Positions 21,064-30,214 of a DNA stretch of 64,000 nucleotides are shown piece by piece. A program made the translations under genes and the position numbers. Every line of letters starts with the position of its first letter. Position 1 is the first letter of the stretch. The notes below the pieces were generated by a model that saw nothing but the letters and a program-made list of their open reading frames with translations, was not told where the DNA came from and did not search any database. The DNA is taken from positions 1 through 64,000 of the IMG/VR virus record IMGVR_UViG_3300022745_000017; one strand, 5' to 3'.

Positions 21064-21120
21064 GGTGAGGTGCCCTAGGGCACCTCACCTAGAAAACCCC
21101 TCACTGGGTTTTCTTTTTTT
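21064..21120 (+). terminator. 26-bp perfect palindrome followed by an intrinsic terminator
   Basis: ggtgaggtgccct|agggcacctcacc (21064-21089), then agaaaaccc-ctcact-gggttttct plus a T run. Confidence 0.75.
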
Positions 21121-21227
21121 ATCCAAACATTGTTTACCCATATATCACTGCTTGGTGAATGGTTATAAAAGTAACGTCATACAAGTATTTAGTGCAGCGG
21201 TGCACATCCATTTTTAAGGAAACAAGC

Positions 21228-21536
21228 ATGACTCATTTTGTTACTCACAACAACATCGATTACGATCCGAGCGTTTTGACTGCGCAAGCAGCATTGGCTC
21301 ATACTGAAGAAGTAGACCGTAGCCTCATTGTCATGAGTCCGGGAGCAATCGCGGCTGCTGAACGTATGGGCAACTTTCCCCCCATTGCTTTCAAATCAGA
21401 AGGCAAGTACGTGATTTTGCTGGTATGTCGGGCAGACCTAGATGTCATGTGCCGGCTCAAAGAAAAGAACACGCTGCGAGTGCTCAGCAAGCCAGCGCTC
21501 AAACGCGCTAAGCTTTTCAGTGGTACAGAACCCTAA
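21228..21536 (+). CDS. hypothetical protein (102 aa)
   Basis: AAGGA RBS before ATG 21228; promoter-like CCCATATATCAC at 21137. Confidence 0.65.
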   Translation: MTHFVTHNNIDYDPSVLTAQAALAHTEEVDRSLIVMSPGAIAAAERMGNFPPIAFKSEGKYVILLVCRADLDVMCRLKEKNTLRVLSKPALKRAKLFSGTEP

Positions 21537-21658
21537 GGCGCTTGACTATGCCTTTACAAATAGTCGCAACTCCCAGGAGATAGACATGTAACACATACCA
21601 CCTTGTTAATCCCTGAGAACCTATACAACCTCCTTACCTTCATCACCAAGGAAGCATC

Positions 21659-22150
21659 ATGGCAAAGAATCACTTTGACGAGCTGGCAGCTCAAATCGCC
21701 AAGCATTTCAGCACCGAAGGCGCGAACATCACCTTCAATGGCCAAGCCGCATGGCAAGAAGCCGTTGAGAGCTCGGGCCTCACCATGGACACCGTGGCCA
21801 AGGTGCGTGAGCTGGATGTGACCTACCACGCCGGCTTCGTGAGCGCAATGGGTGCACACTGCAACCAAGCGTCCAAAGAAAACCCTGACATCTCGAATGT
21901 GTTCCTCGAATCCCCGATGGGTGCGCACGACAAGGACGTGACCAAGGGCCACGCCCGCTGGCAGCGTTCAGTGGAGATGCCCAAGATTGGTTCTTCCAGT
22001 GGCGAAACCACCACGCGCTACGGGGCCATGGACACCGGGATGACCTACCCCGAGAGCGACCGCTTGATGCTGAGCAAGGCGCGCAAGGCGGTGAGCTCTA
22101 CCGCAGCAGCTCTGTTCCAAGACGCGGCTGTGGCCGCTGCCATGAGCTGA
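21659..22150 (+). CDS. hypothetical protein (163 aa), probably highly expressed
   Basis: AAGGA RBS, C/G-ending codon bias, its own promoter-like motif (21592) and terminator. Confidence 0.75.
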   Translation: MAKNHFDELAAQIAKHFSTEGANITFNGQAAWQEAVESSGLTMDTVAKVRELDVTYHAGFVSAMGAHCNQASKENPDISNVFLESPMGAHDKDVTKGHARWQRSVEMPKIGSSSGETTTRYGAMDTGMTYPESDRLMLSKARKAVSSTAAALFQDAAVAAAMS

Positions 22151-22168
22151 TCGCCTGAATCGCTGGTG

Positions 22169-22210
22169 TTACGTGAGTACGGATGGTTCTGTACTCACGT
22201 AATCTTTTTT
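22169..22210 (+). terminator. intrinsic terminator
   Basis: ttacgtgagtac...gtactcacgtaa stem followed by tctttttt. Confidence 0.8.
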
Positions 22211-22292
22211 CTTTTATTCTTTTGGATTCTAAAAAATCGAAGACACTTATTACCAAAGTGTAAGTTGGTTGGTAAAATATTAAGGAACCTCT

Positions 22293-22682
22293 ATGGAAAA
22301 CACAACACCTTTCTTCACCACTACCATGCAGGGCTTTCTAAACAGCCTTCTCAACGCTGTACTGGATAAAACCACAACGACGATTGAGCTGCTTCAAACG
22401 TCTCGTGATGAGCAGACGCTTCAGATCATCTGGACGCCTGTCGAGGCCACGTATGGTCAGCAAATCGAATACGCCACCCGCCTGTCATGCAGTCACACCA
22501 ACACCCTACTGAGGGCTGTACTCAAAGAAAGCCCTCACAGTCTGCGTGTACCTCTGGCACTGGCTGTCTTGATGCCCTTGCCCAAGTTTTCTCTGTTTAG
22601 TCCTGTTCGCATCCCGGCAGACCAAGACATTGAACAAATTTTGCGCAGTAAGTTGCGCCGCCTGACAACTAGCAAAAGCTAA
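22293..22682 (+). CDS. hypothetical protein (129 aa)
   Basis: AAGGA RBS; upstream CACTTATTAC motif at 22244. Confidence 0.6.
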   Translation: MENTTPFFTTTMQGFLNSLLNAVLDKTTTTIELLQTSRDEQTLQIIWTPVEATYGQQIEYATRLSCSHTNTLLRAVLKESPHSLRVPLALAVLMPLPKFSLFSPVRIPADQDIEQILRSKLRRLTTSKS

Positions 22683-22702
22683 TGGCCTTTAAACAGGCAT
22701 AA

Positions 22703-22742
22703 TGCCTCCTAGGAGCGTCCAAACGGACGCTCCTAGGAGGCA
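22703..22742. terminator. hairpin, 18-bp stem, between convergent genes
   Basis: tgcctcctaggagcgtcc-aaac-ggacgctcctaggaggca. Confidence 0.75.
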
Positions 22743-22786
22743 GTGCCACCAGACTTTATTTTTGGCTCTAGGAGGCTTTAAACCAA

Positions 22787-23653
22787 TCAGCCACGCGCCA
22801 CTGAGTTGTTGCGCAGGTAGTCTAGGTTGGTGACCAAGCCTGTGCCTTGTTTGGCGATGTCTTGGCTGACTTCGCTCACAAAGGCCTTGGCATTCGAGTA
22901 GATCACACCGCCGATTTGCTGTGCCGAGAGCAACTGTTGTGTCATGGCGTTGATGCCAAAGCCAACTGCTGCAACACCAGTCATACCGATGGTGAGTTCG
23001 GTCTTGGCTTCCATGCCCTGCGTCAAGTCACGCTTGCCGGTCACTTCACCCGTGGTCTTGGGAGCCATGTTGGTCACCAGCCAAGCCTTCATGATGTACT
23101 TGTACAAGGGGTCAGTCTCGTAAAAGAGCATCGTGGCAGTGTACCAGTCGGGCAACCAATCTTCAGCGGTGTTGTTCAGGCCGATGATGGCGGGGTACTT
23201 GGTATTGGCGTCAGCGATCAGGTAAGTGATCCAGTCGTCAAAGAACGTGCCAACCGGGCGGCCAGGGCGTTCAGGGAAGACGAAGTTGGGCTCAGTGCGC
23301 GTGCGCGTCACGTTGGTGTAGTCTTGGAAGAGCTCGCCAGCGCCGCCTACGGCCTGCTCGGCGCTCCAGTCGACTTCCAGCCCAGAGTTGAAACCGTCGT
23401 AACTTTTGGCTACGGTTTCAAACAGTGCCTTACCCGCAGAGTAGTAAGGATCAGGGTCGGGGAACAGACCAAAGCCGCGTGGCATGTCGATGACGATGCA
23501 GTTGAGGTGGCGGGCCACGTAGGTGCCAGAAGACAAAATCTCCTGCATCACCGGCGAGAAGCCGTTTTGACCCCCTCGGGCCAAGTTCACCATCGGGTTG
23601 CGACCAGCGGCATATGCGCCGGTGGCCATCATGTCGGACAGACGTTGTACCAT
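22787..23653 (-). CDS. tail tube protein (phiKZ gp30-like)
   Basis: 288 aa directly downstream of the sheath; NVTRTRTEP, YTATMLFYETDP, AWLVTNMAP; GAGG RBS. Confidence 0.8.
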   Translation of the reverse strand: MVQRLSDMMATGAYAAGRNPMVNLARGGQNGFSPVMQEILSSGTYVARHLNCIVIDMPRGFGLFPDPDPYYSAGKALFETVAKSYDGFNSGLEVDWSAEQAVGGAGELFQDYTNVTRTRTEPNFVFPERPGRPVGTFFDDWITYLIADANTKYPAIIGLNNTAEDWLPDWYTATMLFYETDPLYKYIMKAWLVTNMAPKTTGEVTGKRDLTQGMEAKTELTIGMTGVAAVGFGINAMTQQLLSAQQIGGVIYSNAKAFVSEVSQDIAKQGTGLVTNLDYLRNNSVARG

Positions 23654-23695
23654 GTCGGATACCTCGTAAAAGTTCGTTTGAAGAATTCAAAATGT

Positions 23696-23727
23696 GGGAT
23701 GGGGTCACTGTTAAATCACCCCATCCC
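23696..23727 (-). terminator. hairpin between sheath and tube genes (attenuator or mRNA stabiliser)
   Basis: gggatggggt...accccatccc, 10-bp arms. Confidence 0.5.
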
Positions 23728-23737
23728 TGGAGCTCGA

Positions 23738-25921
23738 TCAGGCCACGTAGTCCGACATACGGAACAGCGACAAGTCGACGGTAGCGGCCGTCTTCATGTT
23801 GTTGGCGTACACCTCGGTCAGCATGCTCCAGCTGTAGCCGCGCAGCTCATCTCCGTCAGAGATGTAGCAGTTGGGCTTGATCTGGAACAAACCAGCAAAG
23901 CGACCAAAGGTCTTGGCAGCAATGCGGCGGTTGGCTTCTTCCACCAGTTGGCCACCTGTGTAGCGAACAGCACCGGTGAGCTCGGCGTGCGTGCGCTCCA
24001 TCACCTTCTGGACTTCAGCACAAGCCATCACCACGAAGGCACTGGTCAGCGGAGAAGTTTCTTCGGCGTAGATGGTGCGAAAGCCCGGCATGTAGCACTT
24101 GGTGCGATCGGAGTCAAGCGGGAAGTTCATCCCTGCGGTCAACCAATCTTCCGTGCGAACATCCGTCGGTGTCCACGAGTTGCTGATCTTGCGGAAGCGC
24201 TTGAAGGTGTTGTTGGGCTGGATGTCGAACAGGTACTTGGAATTCCACTTACCGTTGGAAGCACCCATCATCTTCGCACACCACTCGACGACTTCGATCA
24301 CCAGGGGCAAGCGATGCGGGTACTCGCTGGAGATCAGCTCACCGCTGCGAGCCACCAAAATGCCACGCACGGCTTGAGTGCCGTAGTAGTCACTCTCGGG
24401 CAGCACTTGCAGCATGGTGCGCAAGCTAACTGCACGGGCTTTTTCGGTGTCCAGATCTGGGTCGGGGTCACCGACGATGATCGGAGTGCCGATGAAGTAC
24501 GTGTCCTTGCGCAGTGCAATGATGTTGGTCATCGCATTTTTGGTTTCCACCCCGAAGCCGGTGTCGATCAGGCAGGATTGATCGAAACGCGCACGGTTCA
24601 TGTACACATTCGTCGGATCAGCGTACTTCAGTGCTTCTTGCTTGACCAGGTAGTCAAAGACTTCCAGGTTCATGGTGCCGTCGTCACCACCAGAGAGCAT
24701 CATGTTGGTTTCGCTCGAAGGCATCACCGACCCACGGAAATCCGTTTCCAGAGCCACCGTGAAGTACGGCACCCCCTTGAACGACTTGGCAGTGAGCAAG
24801 TTGATCAGTGAGGCGTGGGTGTCGTCAGTGGCTGAGAAGTCTGTGTGGCGATAGCTGTTGTTGGTGTTGTATTGTGGGATTTCCGCAGCATCACCACCTT
24901 GGCCAAAAGCACGCTCAGTGTTGAACAAGATCCGTGTGACGGTCTGCACATTGTCGTGGTAGACAAAGACATCACCAATGTCACCGTAGATGATCGGGTC
25001 AGACTTGGTGCTATAGGCATCTGAGAAGATCTCGTCAGCACTGATTTTCACACCTGTGTCGCTATTGCGCTGATTCGGTTCCAAAGAGACCGTCAGACTG
25101 GTGCGCATGTCGCCAGTGGTCACCAACACCGGAGTGGTCGTCGGTTTGGCGCGGCGTACAAAGGCCATCTTGTAGAAAAATGCCTTGGAGTCGCGCAGCG
25201 TAGCCGATGTCGGGGCATCGACATCCGTGCTTTGGCAGGGCCACAAACGCACGCCACACTTGTTGTAGTGAGAGCCTTCGCCACGACCGACGATTTCCAT
25301 GATCGGATAACGCGTCGTGTCCTTGCCCGCCGGCTTGTGCCACTCGTTAGCGGGGCCACCGGCAGCCATGGTGTAGCTATCCAAATGACCAACTGGGCCG
25401 CTTGCAGTGCCGTCTTCCAAGTCATTGGTCACGACCCAGCGGATGTTGCGACCCATGGTCTTGACGGGGACGTTGTTACTATCCACCAGTGCCGTCGGAG
25501 TGGTCGTGGTGTACGTGCCATTGGTCTTGCGAGCGTACTGCTGGATGGGTGTTTGCTCAGAGACTTCAATCCACAGCACCATGCGAGCCAGTGCAGCGTT
25601 TGTGTAGCCCTTGTTCGTCATAGAAGCAGGCAGTTCTTTGGCTACCACGCGCTGCCACATCTGTGCGCAACCGGTGGCGTTGATCAGCCGGGCTGCCACG
25701 CTTTGGTGTGTGGCGTAATCGCTGCCGTCGTCAAAGACTTCAGTGCCAAAGTTGCTGGTGACTGCCGAGCCCACCATCGGGAAAGGCTCACCCGTCGGGC
25801 CCTTGGCCGCGAAGGTGAAGATGTGCGGGAAAAACGTCGGCACCGGCGGGGTTTCAGGCGGCAGGGTGCGAGCACCCAAGTCCTGAATACCGCGCGGGAT
25901 CGTCATCGGGGTAGAGTTCAT
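23738..25921 (-). CDS. tail sheath protein (phiKZ gp29-like)
   Basis: 727 aa; IQDLG and FAAKGP near the N-terminus, LSGGDDG, DTGF, C-terminal RGYSW...YANNMKT; GAGGA RBS; paired with the tube gene. Confidence 0.88.
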   Translation of the reverse strand: MNSTPMTIPRGIQDLGARTLPPETPPVPTFFPHIFTFAAKGPTGEPFPMVGSAVTSNFGTEVFDDGSDYATHQSVAARLINATGCAQMWQRVVAKELPASMTNKGYTNAALARMVLWIEVSEQTPIQQYARKTNGTYTTTTPTALVDSNNVPVKTMGRNIRWVVTNDLEDGTASGPVGHLDSYTMAAGGPANEWHKPAGKDTTRYPIMEIVGRGEGSHYNKCGVRLWPCQSTDVDAPTSATLRDSKAFFYKMAFVRRAKPTTTPVLVTTGDMRTSLTVSLEPNQRNSDTGVKISADEIFSDAYSTKSDPIIYGDIGDVFVYHDNVQTVTRILFNTERAFGQGGDAAEIPQYNTNNSYRHTDFSATDDTHASLINLLTAKSFKGVPYFTVALETDFRGSVMPSSETNMMLSGGDDGTMNLEVFDYLVKQEALKYADPTNVYMNRARFDQSCLIDTGFGVETKNAMTNIIALRKDTYFIGTPIIVGDPDPDLDTEKARAVSLRTMLQVLPESDYYGTQAVRGILVARSGELISSEYPHRLPLVIEVVEWCAKMMGASNGKWNSKYLFDIQPNNTFKRFRKISNSWTPTDVRTEDWLTAGMNFPLDSDRTKCYMPGFRTIYAEETSPLTSAFVVMACAEVQKVMERTHAELTGAVRYTGGQLVEEANRRIAAKTFGRFAGLFQIKPNCYISDGDELRGYSWSMLTEVYANNMKTAATVDLSLFRMSDYVA

Positions 25922-26202
25922 GGTACATTTCCTCTTGCAAGAAAGAAAAGAAAAACAAAGAAAAGCAGGTTATCGGTAAAGGCGGATTTGACTGTTTATT
26001 TTTAACTGTCAAAAAGCCGCATAAATCGAGACAGCCTGCGGCTGACTACATCAGGCCAATAGCCGCTGATGACAGCCATGACATACCATTAGTAAGCGCT
26101 TAAATTAGCATGAGTGTTATATTTTTAGTTGATTTCACATCATAAATAAGGCATTTATTGTAGGACTCCTCGTTTTTACATTTACTTTATTCGGAGAAAG
26201 CA

Positions 26203-27171
26203 ATGCCTATCTTTAAAACCCCCTGGGATACGACCTCGCGCAGTGGCGCTGTGATGACCCCCACGATCAAAGCGCTTGACAGCATCTCCTTGAGCAGGGG
26301 GAGTGCGCAGTTCAAAACTATCAAGCCTGGAGAATATGAGGACGGCTTCGAGATCCTCATGGTCACTGGTGGCAATAGCATCATTGACGCCATCAAGTAC
26401 TTCAACCACCCTGTGATTTTGCCCACACCTGGGCCCAATGGCGTGGTGCCAGCTATTGATGTGCGCGGGTTTGGTAAGTGGGATGCTGTGCGTGGTGACT
26501 TCCATGTGCGCAACATGCCCGAGTACAAGATGATGGTCATGCGTGCTTGCATGAACTACTTCTGGCTGACACGTCGCCCCACCATCATGCGTGACATGAC
26601 GACGCTGCCCATCAAGCTATTTGCTTCGATGATCAGTGAGACGATCAAGCGCACGTACTCTCTGGACTTGGGTGAGCAGTTGCGACTGAGCATTCTGGCG
26701 GCTTACTTCTACTTGGGTTTGTTTACCGATGCCAAGGAGTTCAGTGAATCTGAGCAGCATAAGGTGACTGCACAGATTATCGCCGCGACCAATGCGCCTA
26801 ATCAGCTCATTGAAGAAGTGCTCGACGACTTGCCGATCATTGCGGACATCTTGACGTTTTGTGATGTCTGCAAAAAGCGCGTGGGTAGTGTTCGGCTGGA
26901 TGACTTCAACTACGGGATCTTGTTGTCGGCTATTGGTGGTGTTTGGTACGCTACGAACGGGCATGAGATCTTGACGATTGCTCTTGAGCACCCACCGACT
27001 TGGTTGATGATCGTATATGCCTGTATCAGTGAGGCGACCTTCCGTCGCAGCCCTCTAGCACAGATGGCTGAAAAGCAGGGCAAGTCAGGCAGTGGTCAAG
27101 CGTTTACGGCCAGCATCAACAGTTTGTTTGGTGGGGATCGTTGCCTCAAAGAGATCTTCGAACAAGAATAA
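26203..27171 (+). CDS. virion structural protein (phiKZ gp28-like)
   Basis: 322 aa, divergent from the sheath gene; MPIFKTPWDTT, FNHP and ALEHPPTW motifs; GGAG RBS. Confidence 0.7.
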   Translation: MPIFKTPWDTTSRSGAVMTPTIKALDSISLSRGSAQFKTIKPGEYEDGFEILMVTGGNSIIDAIKYFNHPVILPTPGPNGVVPAIDVRGFGKWDAVRGDFHVRNMPEYKMMVMRACMNYFWLTRRPTIMRDMTTLPIKLFASMISETIKRTYSLDLGEQLRLSILAAYFYLGLFTDAKEFSESEQHKVTAQIIAATNAPNQLIEEVLDDLPIIADILTFCDVCKKRVGSVRLDDFNYGILLSAIGGVWYATNGHEILTIALEHPPTWLMIVYACISEATFRRSPLAQMAEKQGKSGSGQAFTASINSLFGGDRCLKEIFEQE

Positions 27172-27183
27172 GTGCTATGGCAG

Positions 27184-27215
27184 CTACAGGTAAGGGTTAG
27201 TCCCCTTACCTGTAG
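27184..27215 (+). terminator. hairpin, 13-bp stem
   Basis: ctacaggtaaggg-ttagtc-cccttacctgtag followed by tatg. Confidence 0.7.
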
Positions 27216-27231
27216 TATGACCGGAATGTAG

Positions 27232-27262
27232 TTTTCTTCAGTCACATATACTAAAAATGAAT
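27232..27262 (+). promoter_or_regulatory. putative phage early promoter
   Basis: TTTTCTTCAGTCACATATACTAAAAATGAAT, a copy of the 20109 element. Confidence 0.65.
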
Positions 27263-27313
27263 CGGCAGTGATGCAAACCGACTCTATTCATTAACTGCAT
27301 CTAGGAGAATATC

Positions 27314-27811
27314 ATGACTGAAATGTACAACCCATATGGATGGAGTGCCAGTGAGCTGGCTCGCCATCCGGTGCAAACATTCCAAGGCGTTGGCTACGCC
27401 CTGTTACCGGGCCTCACCATGGCTGGTGAGGGTTGGAAGGCGGTGGCTGGCTTCAAGGCTGGAAAACGCTTCGCCTTCGGGGAATACCCCGACCGAGCGA
27501 ATGGGGCGTACTGCGCAGCTTGCGAGTACCTTGGGCTGCATGAAAATACGGAAGCTACGGCTACTACTGCACCCACCGCAGTGGGCAAGAAGCCCGAGAA
27601 AGAGCCCCTCACGATGGAACTCCAGCGAGGGATCTGGTATCGTGATCTGCCCGGAGGTCAGATCGAGCTTACAGTGGTCGCCAAGAAGGCCATCGAGTTT
27701 GAAGGCAAGACCTATGAGTGGGGCGACTCGTGCGTCCTGATGTGTGACAGCAAAACCTACCAAGAAAAGATCAGCTTAGCTCGCCAGCTCGCCAAGCAGG
27801 CCGGCTACTGA
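27314..27811 (+). CDS. hypothetical early protein with possible AP2-like DNA-binding domain
   Basis: AGGAG RBS; FQGVGY...GWKAVAGFKAGKRFAFGEYPDRANGAYCAA follows the AP2 pattern YxGV...W.A.I...GKr..LG.F....AA.AY; has its own promoter and terminator. Confidence 0.6.
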   Translation: MTEMYNPYGWSASELARHPVQTFQGVGYALLPGLTMAGEGWKAVAGFKAGKRFAFGEYPDRANGAYCAACEYLGLHENTEATATTAPTAVGKKPEKEPLTMELQRGIWYRDLPGGQIELTVVAKKAIEFEGKTYEWGDSCVLMCDSKTYQEKISLARQLAKQAGY

Positions 27812-27823
27812 TCCTATGTAGCG

Positions 27824-27871
27824 CTACTACAGTGGGCCTAAGCCCACTGTAGTAGTCAGCTTTCTTTTTTT
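27824..27871 (+). terminator. intrinsic terminator
   Basis: ctactacagtgggc-ctaa-gcccactgtagtag followed by a T tract. Confidence 0.75.
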
Positions 27872-27894
27872 TGTTATTAACCGAGTAAAAACAA

Positions 27895-30156
27895 ATGGAC
27901 ATCATCTTATTTAAGAAAGACTGGGCACGCTTTCCAACAGCTAGGCCTGACTGGAAGACTAAGAACAAATCGTTCTTAGACATGGCATTAAAGTTTAAGA
28001 TGATGGGCATTGAAAACCATGCCTGGCCACTGGCTCTGGTGGATCAGTCATTGGTGGGGGTCGATCCGCATGACCCTGACTTGACTCTTGAGCAAATGGG
28101 GCGTGTGACGATTGAAATACGTCGCAACCCATGGTACTACTTCCGTGAAGTTGGTAAGGCTCCTGGACAGTCTGGTAAAGCCTCGGGGCCTATTGAAGCT
28201 AACCGAGGAAACCTATCAGCTTGGTGGTGTTTTTTCAACCATGTCACCTACATTCTCACACAGCCTCGGCAGACAGGTAAGTCATTCTCCATTGACCACT
28301 TGATGACACTGCTCTACGCTGTGTACTGTAAAGACACAGAAATCAACCTGCTCACTAAAGATGATAAGCTGCGTATCGCCAATATTGACCGGTTGAAGAA
28401 GATTTACGAGGAGCTGCCGCCTTATCTCCAGTTTAAGGTCTCTGGCGATACCTATAACACGGAAGAGATCGGCATCAGTGCGCTCAAGAACAAGTACCGC
28501 ACCCATGTCCCTAATGCCTCTGAGAAGAGAGCTTACAATGTGGGCCGGGGTCTAACGACGCCAATCCTTCAGATCGATGAGCCCCCCTTCCAGCCCAATA
28601 TCAAAGTCGCTATGGGTGCAGCCATGGCTGCCATGAAGGCCGCTAGAGACTTGGCTAAGGAAGCTGGTGAGCCCTATGGCACGATGCTCACAACGACCGC
28701 TGGCAAGATCGATGACCCGGACGGCTCTTACGTCTATGGCTACATTCAAGAGGCTGCTCTATGGACGGAGCGACTCTATGACTGTATTGACGAGGCTGAT
28801 CTGGAATACACGATTCGCAGAAACTCTCGCAGCAGCAAAGCTGGTAGTCTTTTGAGTGGGGAAGAGGGCGGCGGGGATAGTGGTCGCGGTGTGTACCGGG
28901 TTTATGGGTGTTTCTCTCACAGGCAGTTAGGTAAGACCGATGCTTGGTTGCGTGACGCTCTGGAAAACTCTGACCAAAAAGACCTCGATGCTGACCGAGA
29001 CTACTTTAACGTGTGGACGGCCGGTAGTATCAGCTCACCCATTGATAAGCGACTCCTAGAGATCATCAAGCGCAGCTCTACAGAGCCTGTGTATACCGAC
29101 ATCAGTGCGATAGGCAATTACATCACACGCTGGTACATCGATGAGAACACGATCGACAGCTACATGGCTAACAACTACTGCACCATCGGGATTGACACAT
29201 CTAACGCTGTAGGCAAGGATGATATCTCCTTGGTGTTGTCAGATGTGAAGACAGGTGATACGATCGCTGTAGGGGCCTTTAACGAGACGCTGATCACCAC
29301 GTTCTCTAACTGGCTAGTGAGTCTAGCTGTCAAGTGGCCTAAAGCCATCTTTGTCATTGAGAACAGATCAACCGGTCAGGCTGTGATCGATCACCTCATC
29401 ACTTTCTTGCCTCAAAAGGGGATTGATCCGTTTAAGCGCATCTTCAACTGGGTCGTCAATAACCCTCTGGATCACCCTGCTTTGTATGACCAAGCCAAGC
29501 TGCCGATGTCTCGTAGAGCTCAAGACATCTATAGAAAAGCTAAGGGTCTGTTTGGCTTTGCTACCAGTGCGAGAGGGCAGACTTCACGAGAAGCTCTTTA
29601 TAGCAACACCTTAAAGAGTGCTTGTAAGTACTGTGCTAAGGCTGTGAAAGATCATGAGTTGATTGGTCAGATCGCTGCGCTGACAAACCGTAAAGGTCGC
29701 ATTGATCACCCTGAAGGTGGACATGATGACTTGGTGATCGGATGGCTGCTGGGTCACTGGTTGATCACAGAGGGTAAGAACCTAGCCTTCTACGGGATTG
29801 ACTCCCACACCATCTTAGTGAACTCGGTTACTGAGAAGACTGATCCTCTAGCACTGTTCCAAGCTGCTCAGCAAAAGAAGGTCAGACAAGCTATTGAAGA
29901 GATGGTAGGAGAGTTGTCCCAAGAGGAAGATCCTAACGTCATCTTCTATATCCAGTCTAAGTTGAAACACTTGTCTTCTCAGATTGTCTATATGGAGGGT
30001 GAGTCTCTCAGTGTGGATGCGATGATTGAGCAGGCTAACAAAGATAGAAATTTACGCATGAAGCAAAATCAGATGAGACAAAGCTCTCACTGGTCTACTG
30101 CTCGTGAGAGCGGTGGGTCGAGAGGATGGAGTAACGCACTGACTCGTGTCATGTAG
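27895..30156 (+). CDS. terL: terminase large subunit (phiKZ gp25-like)
   Basis: NPWYYFRE, Walker A PRQTGKS, GRGLT, Walker B LQIDE, motif III TTTAG, nuclease IGIDTS and GGHDDLVI. Confidence 0.93.
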   Translation: MDIILFKKDWARFPTARPDWKTKNKSFLDMALKFKMMGIENHAWPLALVDQSLVGVDPHDPDLTLEQMGRVTIEIRRNPWYYFREVGKAPGQSGKASGPIEANRGNLSAWWCFFNHVTYILTQPRQTGKSFSIDHLMTLLYAVYCKDTEINLLTKDDKLRIANIDRLKKIYEELPPYLQFKVSGDTYNTEEIGISALKNKYRTHVPNASEKRAYNVGRGLTTPILQIDEPPFQPNIKVAMGAAMAAMKAARDLAKEAGEPYGTMLTTTAGKIDDPDGSYVYGYIQEAALWTERLYDCIDEADLEYTIRRNSRSSKAGSLLSGEEGGGDSGRGVYRVYGCFSHRQLGKTDAWLRDALENSDQKDLDADRDYFNVWTAGSISSPIDKRLLEIIKRSSTEPVYTDISAIGNYITRWYIDENTIDSYMANNYCTIGIDTSNAVGKDDISLVLSDVKTGDTIAVGAFNETLITTFSNWLVSLAVKWPKAIFVIENRSTGQAVIDHLITFLPQKGIDPFKRIFNWVVNNPLDHPALYDQAKLPMSRRAQDIYRKAKGLFGFATSARGQTSREALYSNTLKSACKYCAKAVKDHELIGQIAALTNRKGRIDHPEGGHDDLVIGWLLGHWLITEGKNLAFYGIDSHTILVNSVTEKTDPLALFQAAQQKKVRQAIEEMVGELSQEEDPNVIFYIQSKLKHLSSQIVYMEGESLSVDAMIEQANKDRNLRMKQNQMRQSSHWSTARESGGSRGWSNALTRVM

Positions 30157-30175
30157 TAAAAGTAATGCTAATGCT

Positions 30176-30214
30176 AGTAGGAGTAGAGAGAGCAAAGCTC
30201 TCTCTACTCCTACT
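30176..30214. terminator. hairpin, 18-bp stem, after terL
   Basis: agtaggagtagagagagc-aaa-gctctctctactcctact. Confidence 0.7.

Noticed and set aside
20483-21088. Two minus-strand ORFs (201 and 183 aa) over the Ala-rich gene
   Set aside because: Produced by GCN repeats that lack stops; RBS, promoter and terminator all support the + strand.
22847-24811. 654-aa + strand ORF spanning the tube and sheath genes
   Set aside because: Antisense shadow of two strongly codon-biased genes that happen to share a frame; His/Val/Gly-rich composition, TTG start and no recognisable motifs.
26060-26110. CTGATGA, a possible hammerhead ribozyme core
   Set aside because: No stem II or GAAA follows; the minus-strand version reads CTGATGT.
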